This document shows, in pieces, positions 10,708-20,565 of a stretch of DNA of 64,000 bases (within the stretch, counting starts at the first letter, position 1; every line of letters starts with the position of its first letter). A model generated the notes under the pieces. The model worked only from the letters and a program-made list of their open reading frames with translations. It was not told the origin of the DNA and ran no database searches. This stretch comes from an uncultured candidate division Zixibacteria bacterium (lineage in GTDB: Bacteria; Zixibacteria; MSB-5A5; UBA10806). The position numbers were made by a program, and so were the translations under genes. Location: assembly GCA_963801605.1 (NCBI GenBank), contig CAWDFP010000006.1:608001-672000 (forward strand). The letters are read 5' to 3'.

Positions 10708-11280
10708 TTGATGCGGACACCAGCGGGACGAACGTCATCTGTAAAGGCGCTCAACAAGGTTTTCATTTTGCAAACGGAGTTTTTAATCAAGCCCCGCGCC
10801 AGCATAGTTACATCGGTAGCGCTCGACGGCCAGATCATTCATAAAGTTGTGCGCACCTATGATAGCGCTCTGGAGACTGAGGAGGATTTGAAGGTCGCCG
10901 AGGCGGCTGTTTTCGCTCAGCACCAGAATCTGGCGAAAAAAATGCAGACCAACGGCGCCGATTTTATCAAGCAAACCAGATCGATCAAAATTTCAACTGT
11001 CGATCGTCTGGCGCTAATCCCGGGTATCGCGGTTGTCTCAGATATTCAGGATAAGCTCGCCTCGCAAAACCCGCACGGAATTTACGTGCAAGCCAAATAT
11101 GTATCGGAAATCGCCGACGCCATCACTAATGCCACCAAAATGGGACCGATCAAGCTCGGCGCGATAATTGGCGAGCAAGGTAAATTTATTCTCAGCCGAG
11201 CAGATGGAAAAGATTTTTTATTGAGTTTAAAGCCGGATGCGGACATCGGGATAGTATTAAATGAGGCTTTGAAAGAATGA
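10708..11280 (+). CDS. Hypothetical protein, possible C-terminal roadblock/LC7-like domain
   Basis: 190-aa ORF with SD (aaggaa). The C-terminal alpha/beta pattern (LALIPGIAVV...FLLSLKPDADIG) resembles roadblock domains. Confidence 0.6.
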   Translation: MMRTPAGRTSSVKALNKVFILQTEFLIKPRASIVTSVALDGQIIHKVVRTYDSALETEEDLKVAEAAVFAQHQNLAKKMQTNGADFIKQTRSIKISTVDRLALIPGIAVVSDIQDKLASQNPHGIYVQAKYVSEIADAITNATKMGPIKLGAIIGEQGKFILSRADGKDFLLSLKPDADIGIVLNEALKE

Positions 11281-12014
11281 ATAAAATACTTTCGAATATC
11301 AGAGCCGTGCCCGGCGTCTGGGGTACCCTGGCAATCGACAAGAAGCGCGCCCTTACCTATCAGCTTCTGCCATCGACTTACGACTCCGAAGTTGTCAAAC
11401 GAATTGCGCTTCCAGCCCTGAATCTGGGCCGCTTGCTTGAGAAAAATCTCTTAATCGATTTCTTCTTTGATAACGGTAAAGCCCGACTATATAACCGTCC
11501 CGAAGCGATCGTTTTCATCATGGGACGATACGATATGGATTTTGACCTGCTTGGCTCGATTTGTAAAGAGGCAGTGCCCGCTATCTGCCGACGATTTGCC
11601 CGCGCTAATCTTAATGATAATGGTCCCGGCATAGCCGACAACACAAGCGTCAGTTTCGAGTTTCTGCTTAAAGCCGTTAATATTTTAGCATCCAATGCTC
11701 AACAGAAAATCGGGGCATATCTCGTAACCAAGCATCTCCGAAATGCAAAGGATAAGATAGTCGGAAAATATCCTTTCCTTTCCAGTATCACGGTGGATAA
11801 TAACGGCGGAGCGTCTCTGATAAAAGGCAACGTTGCCTACAAAGGAGAAGATCTTCTTCAGGGGTTCGCCCATTGGGCAAACCTTTTCATTTCAAACTGT
11901 GCCACGTCGACCGACAAATTAAGTGCTGCCGATATCCTGGAGCTCACTATCGAGATCAAGGATAAACTCGAACTTACCGGATTCTACCAGCTTTACGCCG
12001 ATATTGGCCTCTAA
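11277..12014 (+). CDS. Hypothetical protein, N-terminal roadblock/LC7-like domain
   Basis: ATGA overlap with the previous gene. ILSNIRAVPGVWGTLAIDKK is a typical roadblock N-terminal helix-strand. Confidence 0.6.
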   Translation: MNKILSNIRAVPGVWGTLAIDKKRALTYQLLPSTYDSEVVKRIALPALNLGRLLEKNLLIDFFFDNGKARLYNRPEAIVFIMGRYDMDFDLLGSICKEAVPAICRRFARANLNDNGPGIADNTSVSFEFLLKAVNILASNAQQKIGAYLVTKHLRNAKDKIVGKYPFLSSITVDNNGGASLIKGNVAYKGEDLLQGFAHWANLFISNCATSTDKLSAADILELTIEIKDKLELTGFYQLYADIGL

Positions 12015-12077
12015 TAATACCCAAGATTAATCATTCCCAATAGGCCATAGGAATCATTTCCGCTTGCCGGAGCCCCC

Positions 12078-12259
12078 GTCGCGGGTTCCGCCCGTCCCGA
12101 TTAAAAATCGGGACGCGGAAATCCGATTGGGGGTGGATCATGTGCCCGATTTATTCGGGGAGTTGCCATAATAATATGCCCCCGGATTCTTAAATGGCGG
12201 CCTGTCCCAATCGGATTTCCTATTTTCGGTCCAAAGGACCGAAAAGCGGAACCCGCGGC
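12078..12259. repeat. Structured four-way-junction intergenic element, copy 1
   Basis: P1 12078-12091/12246-12259; P2 12093-12102/12106-12115; P3 12117-12131/12206-12220 (15-bp perfect); P4 12223-12232/12236-12245. The scaffold recurs at 54265-54437. Confidence 0.85.
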
Positions 12260-12357
12260 CCGGGCGGTTCTCGCAAATGGGGACTACTTCGCTCTTGACT
12301 TTAGCCCGCGTCAAATCTATCTATCAGCGATAAATTATGGCTATGAACGGAGGATTT

Positions 12358-13666
12358 ATGAGAAAAACACTGGCCGCGTTGTTGATATGCCTGGCCAGCT
12401 GGTCGGTTGCCATCGCTGGCAAAACCACCATCTACACGCTCCCCAACGGGATGGAAGTCATTCTTAAGGAAAATCACGCTACACCGCTGGTATCCTCGGT
12501 GGTGGTAGTCAAGGCTGGAAGCAAGTACGAAAACGATCAGAACAATGGCTTTACGCATCTTTTGGAGCACATGCTTTTCAACGGCACCGAAACTCGTGAC
12601 CGCGTCCAACTCAATGAGGGCGTTCGCGATCATGGCGGCTATATCAACGCTTTCACTCAGCAAGCCTTAACTGGTTATCTGATTGTCGTTCCCAAGGAGT
12701 TTACTGATTATGGTCTCGATATCCAGTCTGATCAGCTTTTCCATTCAATTTTGCCCGAGGCCGAATTCCCTAAGGAGCGCGATATCGTGGCAGAGGAGAT
12801 TAAAAAGGACAACGACAATATTGAAAATGTGGCTCAGGATTTCTTTAATTCGGTAGTATTCTCCGGCACTCCCTACGCCAGGCCGGTTATCGGATATGAG
12901 ATCTACGATCAGGAATGTCTCTCGCGATGAAGTTATGAAATATTACAAAGAACACTATGTCCCCAATAACATGACAGTCCTGATTATCGGAGATTTTGAA
13001 ACGCCTCAAATGCAGGAGATGGTAACTAAATATTTCGGTTCCGTTCCCCGCGGCAATCCTCCGGAGCTGCCGGAGTTCAAAGTTGCTCCGCCATATAAGT
13101 CGGAAATTGTTACCAAAAAATATCCAACCAAAACAACTTATATTCAAATCTCATTTCCTGCTCCGCTTTTTAGCGATTCCGATTACTATGCTTTCGATGT
13201 CTTAACACAGATTCTCAACTCCGGGGATTCATCGCCCCTCAATAAGGCTCTCACCGATGGAGAAAAACCGCTGGCAACCGAGGTCTCAACATCGTTGGAA
13301 TTAGAAAAAGAAATTTCGCTTATCAATGTTTCGGTTAAAACCGATAAGCCGGAAAATGCCAAACCGATTCTCGACACTACTTTGAAAGTGCTCAAAGAAC
13401 TCACGTCGAGAAAATTTAATACCAAAGATGTCAGCCGAGTGGTTGTCCCCAATAAGGTTGATGAGATAAAGCTTGAGGAGAAGCTGCATTATTATGGTAT
13501 TATGAAAGCCCCCTACCTGGCCACCTGCGGATACAGTTTCCTTGAAAACTATATCGATAATCTGTCGAAAGTTAAGCCGGAGCAAGTTGGGGCGGTTGCA
13601 AAGAAATATTTTGATAATCCTCAATATGTAGCCTGTGCTTTGGTACCTGCAGCGGAGGTGGAGTAA
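12358..13666 (+). CDS. M16 (pitrilysin/insulinase) zinc peptidase, catalytic subunit (indel near 12900)
   Basis: Signal peptide, LPNGMEV, HLLEH zinc motif, INAFT. The C-terminal half is in ORF 12896..13666. SD ggagga precedes ATG 12358. Confidence 0.9.
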
Positions 13667-15019
13667 TGAAAACGAAAATAATCGTCATCGGCCTGAGCCT
13701 GGCTATTCTGACAGGGTTCTTTTCATTGCGTACCCAGGCGCAGACCAGTGAGAAGTACGGTAAATTTATCCATGAAGTGCTTCCTAATGGTTTGGACCTT
13801 ATTATCAGCTACAATCCCGACAGCCGGGTGTTTGCGATAAATATTCTGGGCAAAAACAGATCGGCCAATGAACCACGGGGTAAAGACGGGATCACCGATT
13901 TTGTCAATCGCATGTTAACCCAGGGCGCCGATGGAATGAATGCCGAGGAGATTCAAAATAAACTCGACGATATTGGAGCCACTATCACTGCCAACGATAA
14001 CCCATACATACCTTATGACGACCGCTATACGACACGGGCTTATTCATTTATCAAATTTGAGACTATCGATGAGTATGCTAAACAGGGCACGGATCTTCTT
14101 TACCGTGTCGTAGCCAAGCCAACGTTTCCGGAAAGCGAAATAGCTCGTACTCAAAAAAAGGTGATGGGAATTATCGGAATGAGTTCCGGGTCTACCTATC
14201 AAACTTGCCGTGATCTGATGTACAAAACTCTTTTTGCGGGGCATCCTTTCGAAAAGACTGTGCTTGGTACGCCTGCTACAGTGGGTTCGCTAACAAAGGA
14301 TGATCTGGTCAGGTTATTGCAGGCATTTCTATGCTCCTAATAATATAATTATGGCGATAGCGACAAACATTGATCCCGATACTGTTAAAAATTGGATACA
14401 ATCGACATTCGGTAAGATGCCCAAAGACGATTCTCCTTATGCCGTAGTAGGCAGCCCGACCAAACCGAGCGGAGTTGATGAAGTCCATCAGGAGATGGAT
14501 AAGGAACAGATTTATATTTATATGGGAATGATTGTACCGGGGCTTAAATCACCGGATGCTCCCGCCATCAATATGGCAACCGCGATACTTTCCTCGCGTA
14601 TGGGTTTACAGCTTCGCGAAAAGCAAGGCCTGGCTTATTCGGTGGGCATGGATGTTGATTTTATGCCGGATTTCGGTTGGGCAGTAGCATCAATGGGTAC
14701 CGGATTTCAAAACTACGATCCTGCTGTTAGCGGTATGATAGGCCAGATAAACGCTTTGGTTACCAACGAACCCTCCGCCGAGGAACTGGCCAAAGCCCAA
14801 AACTCGACTTGGGGTTCGATGCTTCTTTCACGCGCGTCTCGCATCAATCAAGCTTTCTATATGTGCAGAAATGAGTTTCTGGGTGTTGGTTACGATTACG
14901 AGAACGATTATCTCGCCAAAATCAGACAGGTTACTCCATCCGATGTGAAACATGCCGTACACGATTATTTCGACGTATACGACATGATAATTGCCACTGC
15001 GGGCAAAAAGGCTAATTAG
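13666..15019 (+). CDS. M16 family protein, non-catalytic partner subunit (indel near 14312)
   Basis: LPNGLDL, DFVNR in place of HxxEH, SSRMGLQLREKQGLAYSV (R/Y pair); split over two ORFs. Confidence 0.88.
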
Positions 15020-15055
15020 GAAAAACCTTTTCCAGATATATAGTTATGACGATAT

Positions 15056-15088
15056 TAAAGGCTGCCTGGCGGGACTGGGCAGCCTTTA
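15056..15088 (+). terminator. Stem-loop terminator
   Basis: taaaggctgcc...ggcagccttta inverted repeat after the M16 operon. Confidence 0.6.
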
Positions 15089-15218
15089 CCGCTTATACTC
15101 ATTATTTCAGAATGCTTGCCCGATAATCGGCCTTGAGTTAGCGAAATAATTATGGTATATATTTAGGGGGTTAATTACCATAAGTTGTATTCCTTACAAT
15201 GCCTACGGAGGAGGCTAT

Positions 15219-15608
15219 ATGCATAGAGCCTTGCAGGCGAGGTGCGGGTTATTTTGCGGCGAATGCAAAATCTATATTGCCTATTCAACTGATAATACTG
15301 CAACGCAACGCGAGATCGCCAAAAGTACAGGCAAGGTAAAGGGGCGAGCCATTACGCCTGATCAGGTCAAATGCCTTGGATGCAAAGGCTCAATGGCCTC
15401 GATCTGGCGAACCGGATGTACTATCCGCGCTTGTGCCGAGGAACGCGGGATGGAATTCTGTTACCAGTGTCGAAATTATATCTGCGATGACCTGCAAAAA
15501 TTCTTTGATACTCATCCCGAAGCCCGGGAAAACCTTCGATCCATTTCTAAAATAGGCCCCGACGCCTGGTTGCACAATATGCTAACCAAAGGCAAAAAAA
15601 GCGATTGA
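15219..15608 (+). CDS. DUF3795-like Cys-rich protein
   Basis: CGLFCGEC...CLGC...CTIRACA...FCYQC..YIC pattern; strong SD ggaggagg. Confidence 0.8.
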   Translation: MHRALQARCGLFCGECKIYIAYSTDNTATQREIAKSTGKVKGRAITPDQVKCLGCKGSMASIWRTGCTIRACAEERGMEFCYQCRNYICDDLQKFFDTHPEARENLRSISKIGPDAWLHNMLTKGKKSD

Positions 15609-15680
15609 GGGCCCTGACTATTCCTCGTTGCGGCTTTCAGTAAATAACTAATATTGATATTAATATTCAAAGGAGTTTGA

Positions 15681-16532
15681 ATGGACATAAAGAAAATAGG
15701 AGTATGCGGCTGCGGCCAGATGGGAGCCGGGATCGCCGAGGTCGCCGCTAAAGCGGGGGTGGAAGTTATCGCCCGCGAGATAAACGAGGATCTTTTGAAA
15801 AAAGGACTCGGTAGAATCGAAAAATCACTCGCCAAAGCCGTTGAAAAGGGAAAACTCGATGAGGCAACCAAGGGATCAATTCTCGGCAGGATCAAAGGAA
15901 CCACACATCTTGAGGACCTGGCCGATTGCGATCTCGTCTGTGAAGCTATTGTCGAGAATATGGATGAGAAGCTGAAAGTTTGGAGCGCCCTCGACCGAAT
16001 AGTAAAAAAGGACGCAATCTTTGCCTCCAACACTTCATCGCTCTCGATAACCGAAATGGCGGCCGCTACCAAGAGGACGAGCCAATTCTGCGGACTGCAT
16101 TTCTTCAATCCTGTTCCGGTTATGAAACTGGTGGAGCTTGTCAAAACCGTAGCCACGTCAGATGCCACTTACCAGGCTGCCCGCGGATTCGCCGAGAAGG
16201 TCGGCAAGACGGTTGTGACCTGCAAGGACCGTCCGGGTTTCGTGGTTAACGTGCTCCTGGTGCCTTATCTTCTTGATGCCATCCGCGCCTATCAGGATGA
16301 GGTTGCCACCAGAGAGGATATCGACAATGGCATGAAGCTCGGCTGTGGGCATCCCATGGGGCCGCTGGAGCTGACCGATTTTATCGGGCTCGATACCATT
16401 TATTATATTGCCGAAATTCTTTTTGACGAATTCAAAGACCACCATTACGCCGCTCCGCCGCTTCTTAAAACCATGGTTAAGGCCGGGTATCTGGGCAGGA
16501 AAAGCGGACGAGGGTTTTACGAATATAAGTAA
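15681..16532 (+). CDS. hbd: 3-hydroxybutyryl-CoA dehydrogenase
   Basis: GCGQMGAGIA, EAIVE, ASNTSS, GLHFFNPVPVMKLVE, HPMGPL. Confidence 0.95.
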   Translation: MDIKKIGVCGCGQMGAGIAEVAAKAGVEVIAREINEDLLKKGLGRIEKSLAKAVEKGKLDEATKGSILGRIKGTTHLEDLADCDLVCEAIVENMDEKLKVWSALDRIVKKDAIFASNTSSLSITEMAAATKRTSQFCGLHFFNPVPVMKLVELVKTVATSDATYQAARGFAEKVGKTVVTCKDRPGFVVNVLLVPYLLDAIRAYQDEVATREDIDNGMKLGCGHPMGPLELTDFIGLDTIYYIAEILFDEFKDHHYAAPPLLKTMVKAGYLGRKSGRGFYEYK

Positions 16533-16543
16533 AGAGGAATATT

Positions 16544-17326
16544 ATGGATTATAAGAATATCAAATTTGAAAAGGATGGCGCCATCGCTATTGTTACCATC
16601 GACCGTCCCAAGGTTCTCAACGCTCTTAATCACGAAACAATCGCAGAGTTGCATGATTGTTTCGACAAGATTCCAGGCGACACTTCGATTCTTTGCGTGA
16701 TAGTAACCGGAGGAGGAGAAAAAGCGTTCGTGGCCGGCGCCGATATCGGCGAACTGGCGTTGCTCGATGCTATGGGCGGAAAGGCTCTTTGCGATCGGGG
16801 TCAAGCCTTGCTATCCAAAATTGAGAGACTTCCTCAACCAGTGATAGCCGCTGTTAATGGCTTTGCATTGGGCGGTGGATGCGAAATTGCGATGGCCTGC
16901 GATATCCGTTTGGCCAGTGAAAATGCCAAGCTTGGCCAACCCGAGGTCAATTTGGGAATTATCCCCGGTTACGGCGGCACTCAGCGTCTGCCGCGTCTGG
17001 TAGGACGAGGCAAGGCCAAGCAGATGATCTTAACCGGCGATTTGGTAAATGCCGCCGATGCCAAAACTATCGGCCTGGTCGATGAGGTTTATCCGGTGGC
17101 TGAGCTTATGAACAAGGCTAAAGAGATGGCCCAGAAGATAGCATCCAAGGGCCCATTGGCGGTTCGCGCCGCCAAAGAGGCGATAAATATCGGACTTGAT
17201 GTCGACTTGGAATCTGGCAGTAAGCATGAGGCGGCCCTCTTTGCCGCAATTTGCGCCACCGAGGATAAAAACGAGGGCACCAAGGCATTTTTGGAAAAAA
17301 GAAAAGCGGAATTCAAGGGGAAATAG
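16544..17326 (+). CDS. crt: Enoyl-CoA hydratase (crotonase)
   Basis: AFVAGADI, GFALGGGCE, QPEVNLGIIPGYGGTQRL; adjacent to hbd. Confidence 0.93.
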   Translation: MDYKNIKFEKDGAIAIVTIDRPKVLNALNHETIAELHDCFDKIPGDTSILCVIVTGGGEKAFVAGADIGELALLDAMGGKALCDRGQALLSKIERLPQPVIAAVNGFALGGGCEIAMACDIRLASENAKLGQPEVNLGIIPGYGGTQRLPRLVGRGKAKQMILTGDLVNAADAKTIGLVDEVYPVAELMNKAKEMAQKIASKGPLAVRAAKEAINIGLDVDLESGSKHEAALFAAICATEDKNEGTKAFLEKRKAEFKGK

Positions 17327-17426
17327 GACGGGTTGTGGCACAAACTCTGTATTGATCAGTATATAATACCGAGTGGGGAAAATAGGCTTTCCACGATTTG
17401 CATGGATGTAATGAGAGGGAGAGAAC

Positions 17427-17660
17427 ATGCAAGATTTTTCGGGTCACGATCGCGCTATAAATCCCCTTGCTTTAGGCGCAGCCTATCTGGATTACTGCGT
17501 CAAGCAGGGATGGCTTGACAAAATTGGCGAGGGAGATACCGCGCAATACAGCCTTACGCCTAAAGGTGAGAAAAAACTGGCCAATGTCCCCTTTAATTTT
17601 GACCTTTCAAAGCTAGCCAAATCGGGCGAAAAGAAAAAGAGGCATCATAGAGCCAGATAA
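17427..17660 (+). CDS. Small hypothetical protein (winged-helix-like YSLTPKG motif)
   Basis: 77 aa with a purine-rich SD (gagggag), followed by a terminator. Confidence 0.6.
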   Translation: MQDFSGHDRAINPLALGAAYLDYCVKQGWLDKIGEGDTAQYSLTPKGEKKLANVPFNFDLSKLAKSGEKKKRHHRAR

Positions 17661-17675
17661 GATTTTTGATAGTGG

Positions 17676-17711
17676 AAGAGGTTCTGATGAGATTCAGAGC
17701 CTCTTTTTTTA
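17676..17711 (+). terminator. Intrinsic terminator
   Basis: aagaggttctga...tcagagcctctt followed by a T-run. Confidence 0.8.
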
Positions 17712-17747
17712 TAACTTAGATACTCAAATATGATATAATATTATTCT

Positions 17748-18749
17748 ATGAGAGTTGCGGTCACAGGCGCCGGGGGATTTTTGGGCAAGGCTTTAATAAA
17801 AAGCCTTGGTGAATCAGGACACGAACCACTGGCACTGGTTAAAACCGATGAGGCGGTTGCTCAATTTCGCAGCAATAGCGTTAATGCTCTCCTCTGCGAT
17901 CTTTCCCTGAGCGAAAGCTATATCGAGATATTCCGAGACTGCGATGCTATCGTACACTGTGCCGCCCTGACCCGTGAATTTGGCCGCTGGGACGATTTCC
18001 GCAAGATCAATATCGAAACCACCCGCAATGTTATGCAGGCCGCCCTCCAGGCCGGGACGAAGCGGATTATTCATATTTCAACTACCGCTGTTTACGGCAA
18101 TGAACGCAACCATTACGGAACAGATGAAGATGAGATATTTGGTCAGCGTGTTGTCGATCCCTACTCCAGATCGAAAATAACCGCCGATCAGATCGTGTTG
18201 GATCTTATTAAGGAAAAAAACCTGCCTGCGAGCGTGCTGCGTTTCGGTAATATTTGGGGACCCGGCGATCAGAACATCCTGCCCTTTGTAGTCAATGGGC
18301 TTAAGAAGAAACGGCTCATGATCGAAGGCGGGGGCGATAATGTTCTCTCGCTTACCTTCATAGATAACGCCGTGACGGCGATTCTCTTGACGCTGGAAAA
18401 CATTGAAGCTAAAGGCCGGATTTATAATATTACCGACGGCATCAAAGTAACATCGAAAAAATTTATCGATGATATCATCTCGATCCTGGGGATAAAATAC
18501 AAGCTTCGGAATATTCCCTATCCTCTGATATATTCGATGGCATATTTTTTTGAACAGTATTATCTATTTTCGCGACGGACATCCAAGCCGCCATTAACGC
18601 GTTTCGGCGCGCGCATTCTAAAATACCATGCCATATTCGATATTTCGCGCGCTATAACCGAGCTGCGTTATCATCCCAAGGTAACCTACAAGGAAGCTTT
18701 GGCGATCTCCACGCCCTATATCCGCTCGCTTTATTACGGGCAAAAGTAA
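17748..18749 (+). CDS. NAD-dependent epimerase/dehydratase (3-beta-HSD-like extended SDR)
   Basis: VTGAGGFLG, HISTTAVYG, YSRSK catalytic YxxxK, IWGPGD. Confidence 0.92.
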   Translation: MRVAVTGAGGFLGKALIKSLGESGHEPLALVKTDEAVAQFRSNSVNALLCDLSLSESYIEIFRDCDAIVHCAALTREFGRWDDFRKINIETTRNVMQAALQAGTKRIIHISTTAVYGNERNHYGTDEDEIFGQRVVDPYSRSKITADQIVLDLIKEKNLPASVLRFGNIWGPGDQNILPFVVNGLKKKRLMIEGGGDNVLSLTFIDNAVTAILLTLENIEAKGRIYNITDGIKVTSKKFIDDIISILGIKYKLRNIPYPLIYSMAYFFEQYYLFSRRTSKPPLTRFGARILKYHAIFDISRAITELRYHPKVTYKEALAISTPYIRSLYYGQK

Positions 18750-18892
18750 AATGTGCTTATAGTTAAGCTCTTGTTGATTTAAATTGGCGGGCAAGCCCTA
18801 TTTTCACCCTTATGGTTTATAAATTAATTTAGCATAGAAACGCCTTTAAGCATCTGTTGCGGGCTAAATTACTGACTATTATATTTGCACTT

Positions 18893-19810
18893 ATGAGGGA
18901 TTATTCTCGTCAACTAAAGATTGCGCTATTAGAGGAACGAGTGCCCGCGGCGTTAACGCTGCTGGATGACTGTGCAATTTGCCCCCGCGAGTGTCATGTC
19001 AACCGCAATGCCGGGAGCCTCAAGGGTATCTGTGGCGTCGATGCCCGACTGAAGGTATCGTCGGCCAACCTTCATTTTGGCGAGGAACCGCCAATCTCCG
19101 GGATGCGCGGTTCAGGGACAATCTTTCTTTCCGGCTGTAACCTAAAATGTGTCTACTGCCAGAACTATCCGATCAGCCAGTATCGCAACGGAGAAATAAC
19201 GTCTTTCGATGATGTTGCAAAGATGATGCTCGATTTGGAAAAGCGCGGCGCGCATAATATTAATTTCGTGACACCATCGCATTACGTACCAGAGCTTATG
19301 GCGGTTATGCTCATGGCCTGTAAAGCGGGCCTCTCCATTCCGATAGTCTATAATTCGTCTGGCTACGATAAAGTGGAAACACTGCAACTTCTCGACGGAA
19401 TAGTTGAAATCTATATGCCCGATATGCGCTACTCGCAACCTGAGATGGCGCGCTGTTATTCGGCGGCTCAAAACTACCCTGAATCTAACCGCGCTGCAAT
19501 AAAGGAAATGTATCGTCAGGTGGGGGATTTGGAAATTGACGATGAAGGGATAGCTGTTCAAGGCCTCCTGGTGCGTCATCTGGTTTTGCCCGAAAATATC
19601 GCCGGCTCGGAGGAGATTTTTCGATTTCTGGCCAATGAAATTTCGCCCGACACATTCGTATCGCTAATGAGCCAGTATTTCCCGGCCCACAAAGCAGTTT
19701 CAATGGAGAAGGTCAATCGGAGGATACTACCGCAGGAATATCAGAAAGCTTTGGACGTATTCGAGCGCGCGGGTCTGGGCAATGGTTTTATCCAACCATT
19801 CGACGGCTGA
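18893..19810 (+). CDS. PflX-like radical SAM protein
   Basis: CAICPRECHVNR, HFGEEPPISG, GCNLKCVYCQN, GAHNINFVTP, RHLVLP. Confidence 0.9.
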   Translation: MRDYSRQLKIALLEERVPAALTLLDDCAICPRECHVNRNAGSLKGICGVDARLKVSSANLHFGEEPPISGMRGSGTIFLSGCNLKCVYCQNYPISQYRNGEITSFDDVAKMMLDLEKRGAHNINFVTPSHYVPELMAVMLMACKAGLSIPIVYNSSGYDKVETLQLLDGIVEIYMPDMRYSQPEMARCYSAAQNYPESNRAAIKEMYRQVGDLEIDDEGIAVQGLLVRHLVLPENIAGSEEIFRFLANEISPDTFVSLMSQYFPAHKAVSMEKVNRRILPQEYQKALDVFERAGLGNGFIQPFDG

Positions 19811-20302
19811 TTAAAACTCTATCCTCAAATTCGAGGCTGGTTCCTTCTCGATAAATTCCCGTTCGATGATATCTATAGATCCGCTCTGCTGTGAAAAGCT
19901 AAAGTATCTTTTAGCCTCTGTAGCGCTTACCCATTTATACTCTGAATGTTCGGATGATAAAACTACTCTGGAATCGTAGGAAATTTCGGCCGTAAAAACC
20001 GGCACGATATGAATGCAATTGTGTTGGTTATCATAGAATATTTCAACGATATCAGCCGAGTAGAATGATTTGGGATTACAGCCGGTTTCCTCGATAATCT
20101 CGCGCCAGGCCGCGGCCGCCCCATTTTCGCCCTCCTCAACCTTGCCGGCGACCTGCTGCCAGAGACCATGCATGTAACTGCTTTTGCGCTTCAACACGAG
20201 AAATTGAGCACCCTCGGTGTTTCTTCTAAATAAATAGGCGCAAACATAGGATGTTCGTATGGGAATAGATCCGGGTGATGGTTTGCTTTTATCTTCAGGC
20301 AT
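19811..20302 (-). CDS. NUDIX hydrolase (NudB-like)
   Basis: WQQVAGKVEEGE...AAWREIIEETG Nudix box; LSSEHSEYKW. Confidence 0.9.
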   Translation of the reverse strand: MPEDKSKPSPGSIPIRTSYVCAYLFRRNTEGAQFLVLKRKSSYMHGLWQQVAGKVEEGENGAAAAWREIIEETGCNPKSFYSADIVEIFYDNQHNCIHIVPVFTAEISYDSRVVLSSEHSEYKWVSATEAKRYFSFSQQSGSIDIIEREFIEKEPASNLRIEF

Positions 20303-20463
20303 GGTCGAATTCCTTTTCGAAATTGGTCAAAGGTGTTTTGGGTCCAATTATATAATTCTATAGAATTTACACTTTCCCGGCAAGCCTTATTTCGAAGCAT
20401 GTTAATAGACATATTATATTATGTATATATTTGCCGGAGATCTCAAGTGAACTCAAAGCGAAC

Positions 20464-20492
20464 TTGACTTAAGCCGTCAAGAGTTCTATCAT
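20464..20492 (+). promoter_or_regulatory. sigma70-like promoter with overlapping inverted repeat
   Basis: TTGACT-N17-TATCAT; cttgac...gtcaag IR spans the -35 and spacer. Confidence 0.55.
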
Positions 20493-20565
20493 GTTTTCAG
20501 GGAATATGATATTTGTCAGCCTTTTTAGAAAATCAGATGTACTAATAAGCGGTTAAGAGAATATT

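Noticed and set aside
12078..12259. Four-way element as tRNA, CRISPR array, attC site or retron msr-msd
   Set aside because: It has no T/D-loop or CCA signatures, no tandem repeat-spacer periodicity or cas genes, no RYYYAAC/GTTRRRY ends, and there is no reverse transcriptase in the window.
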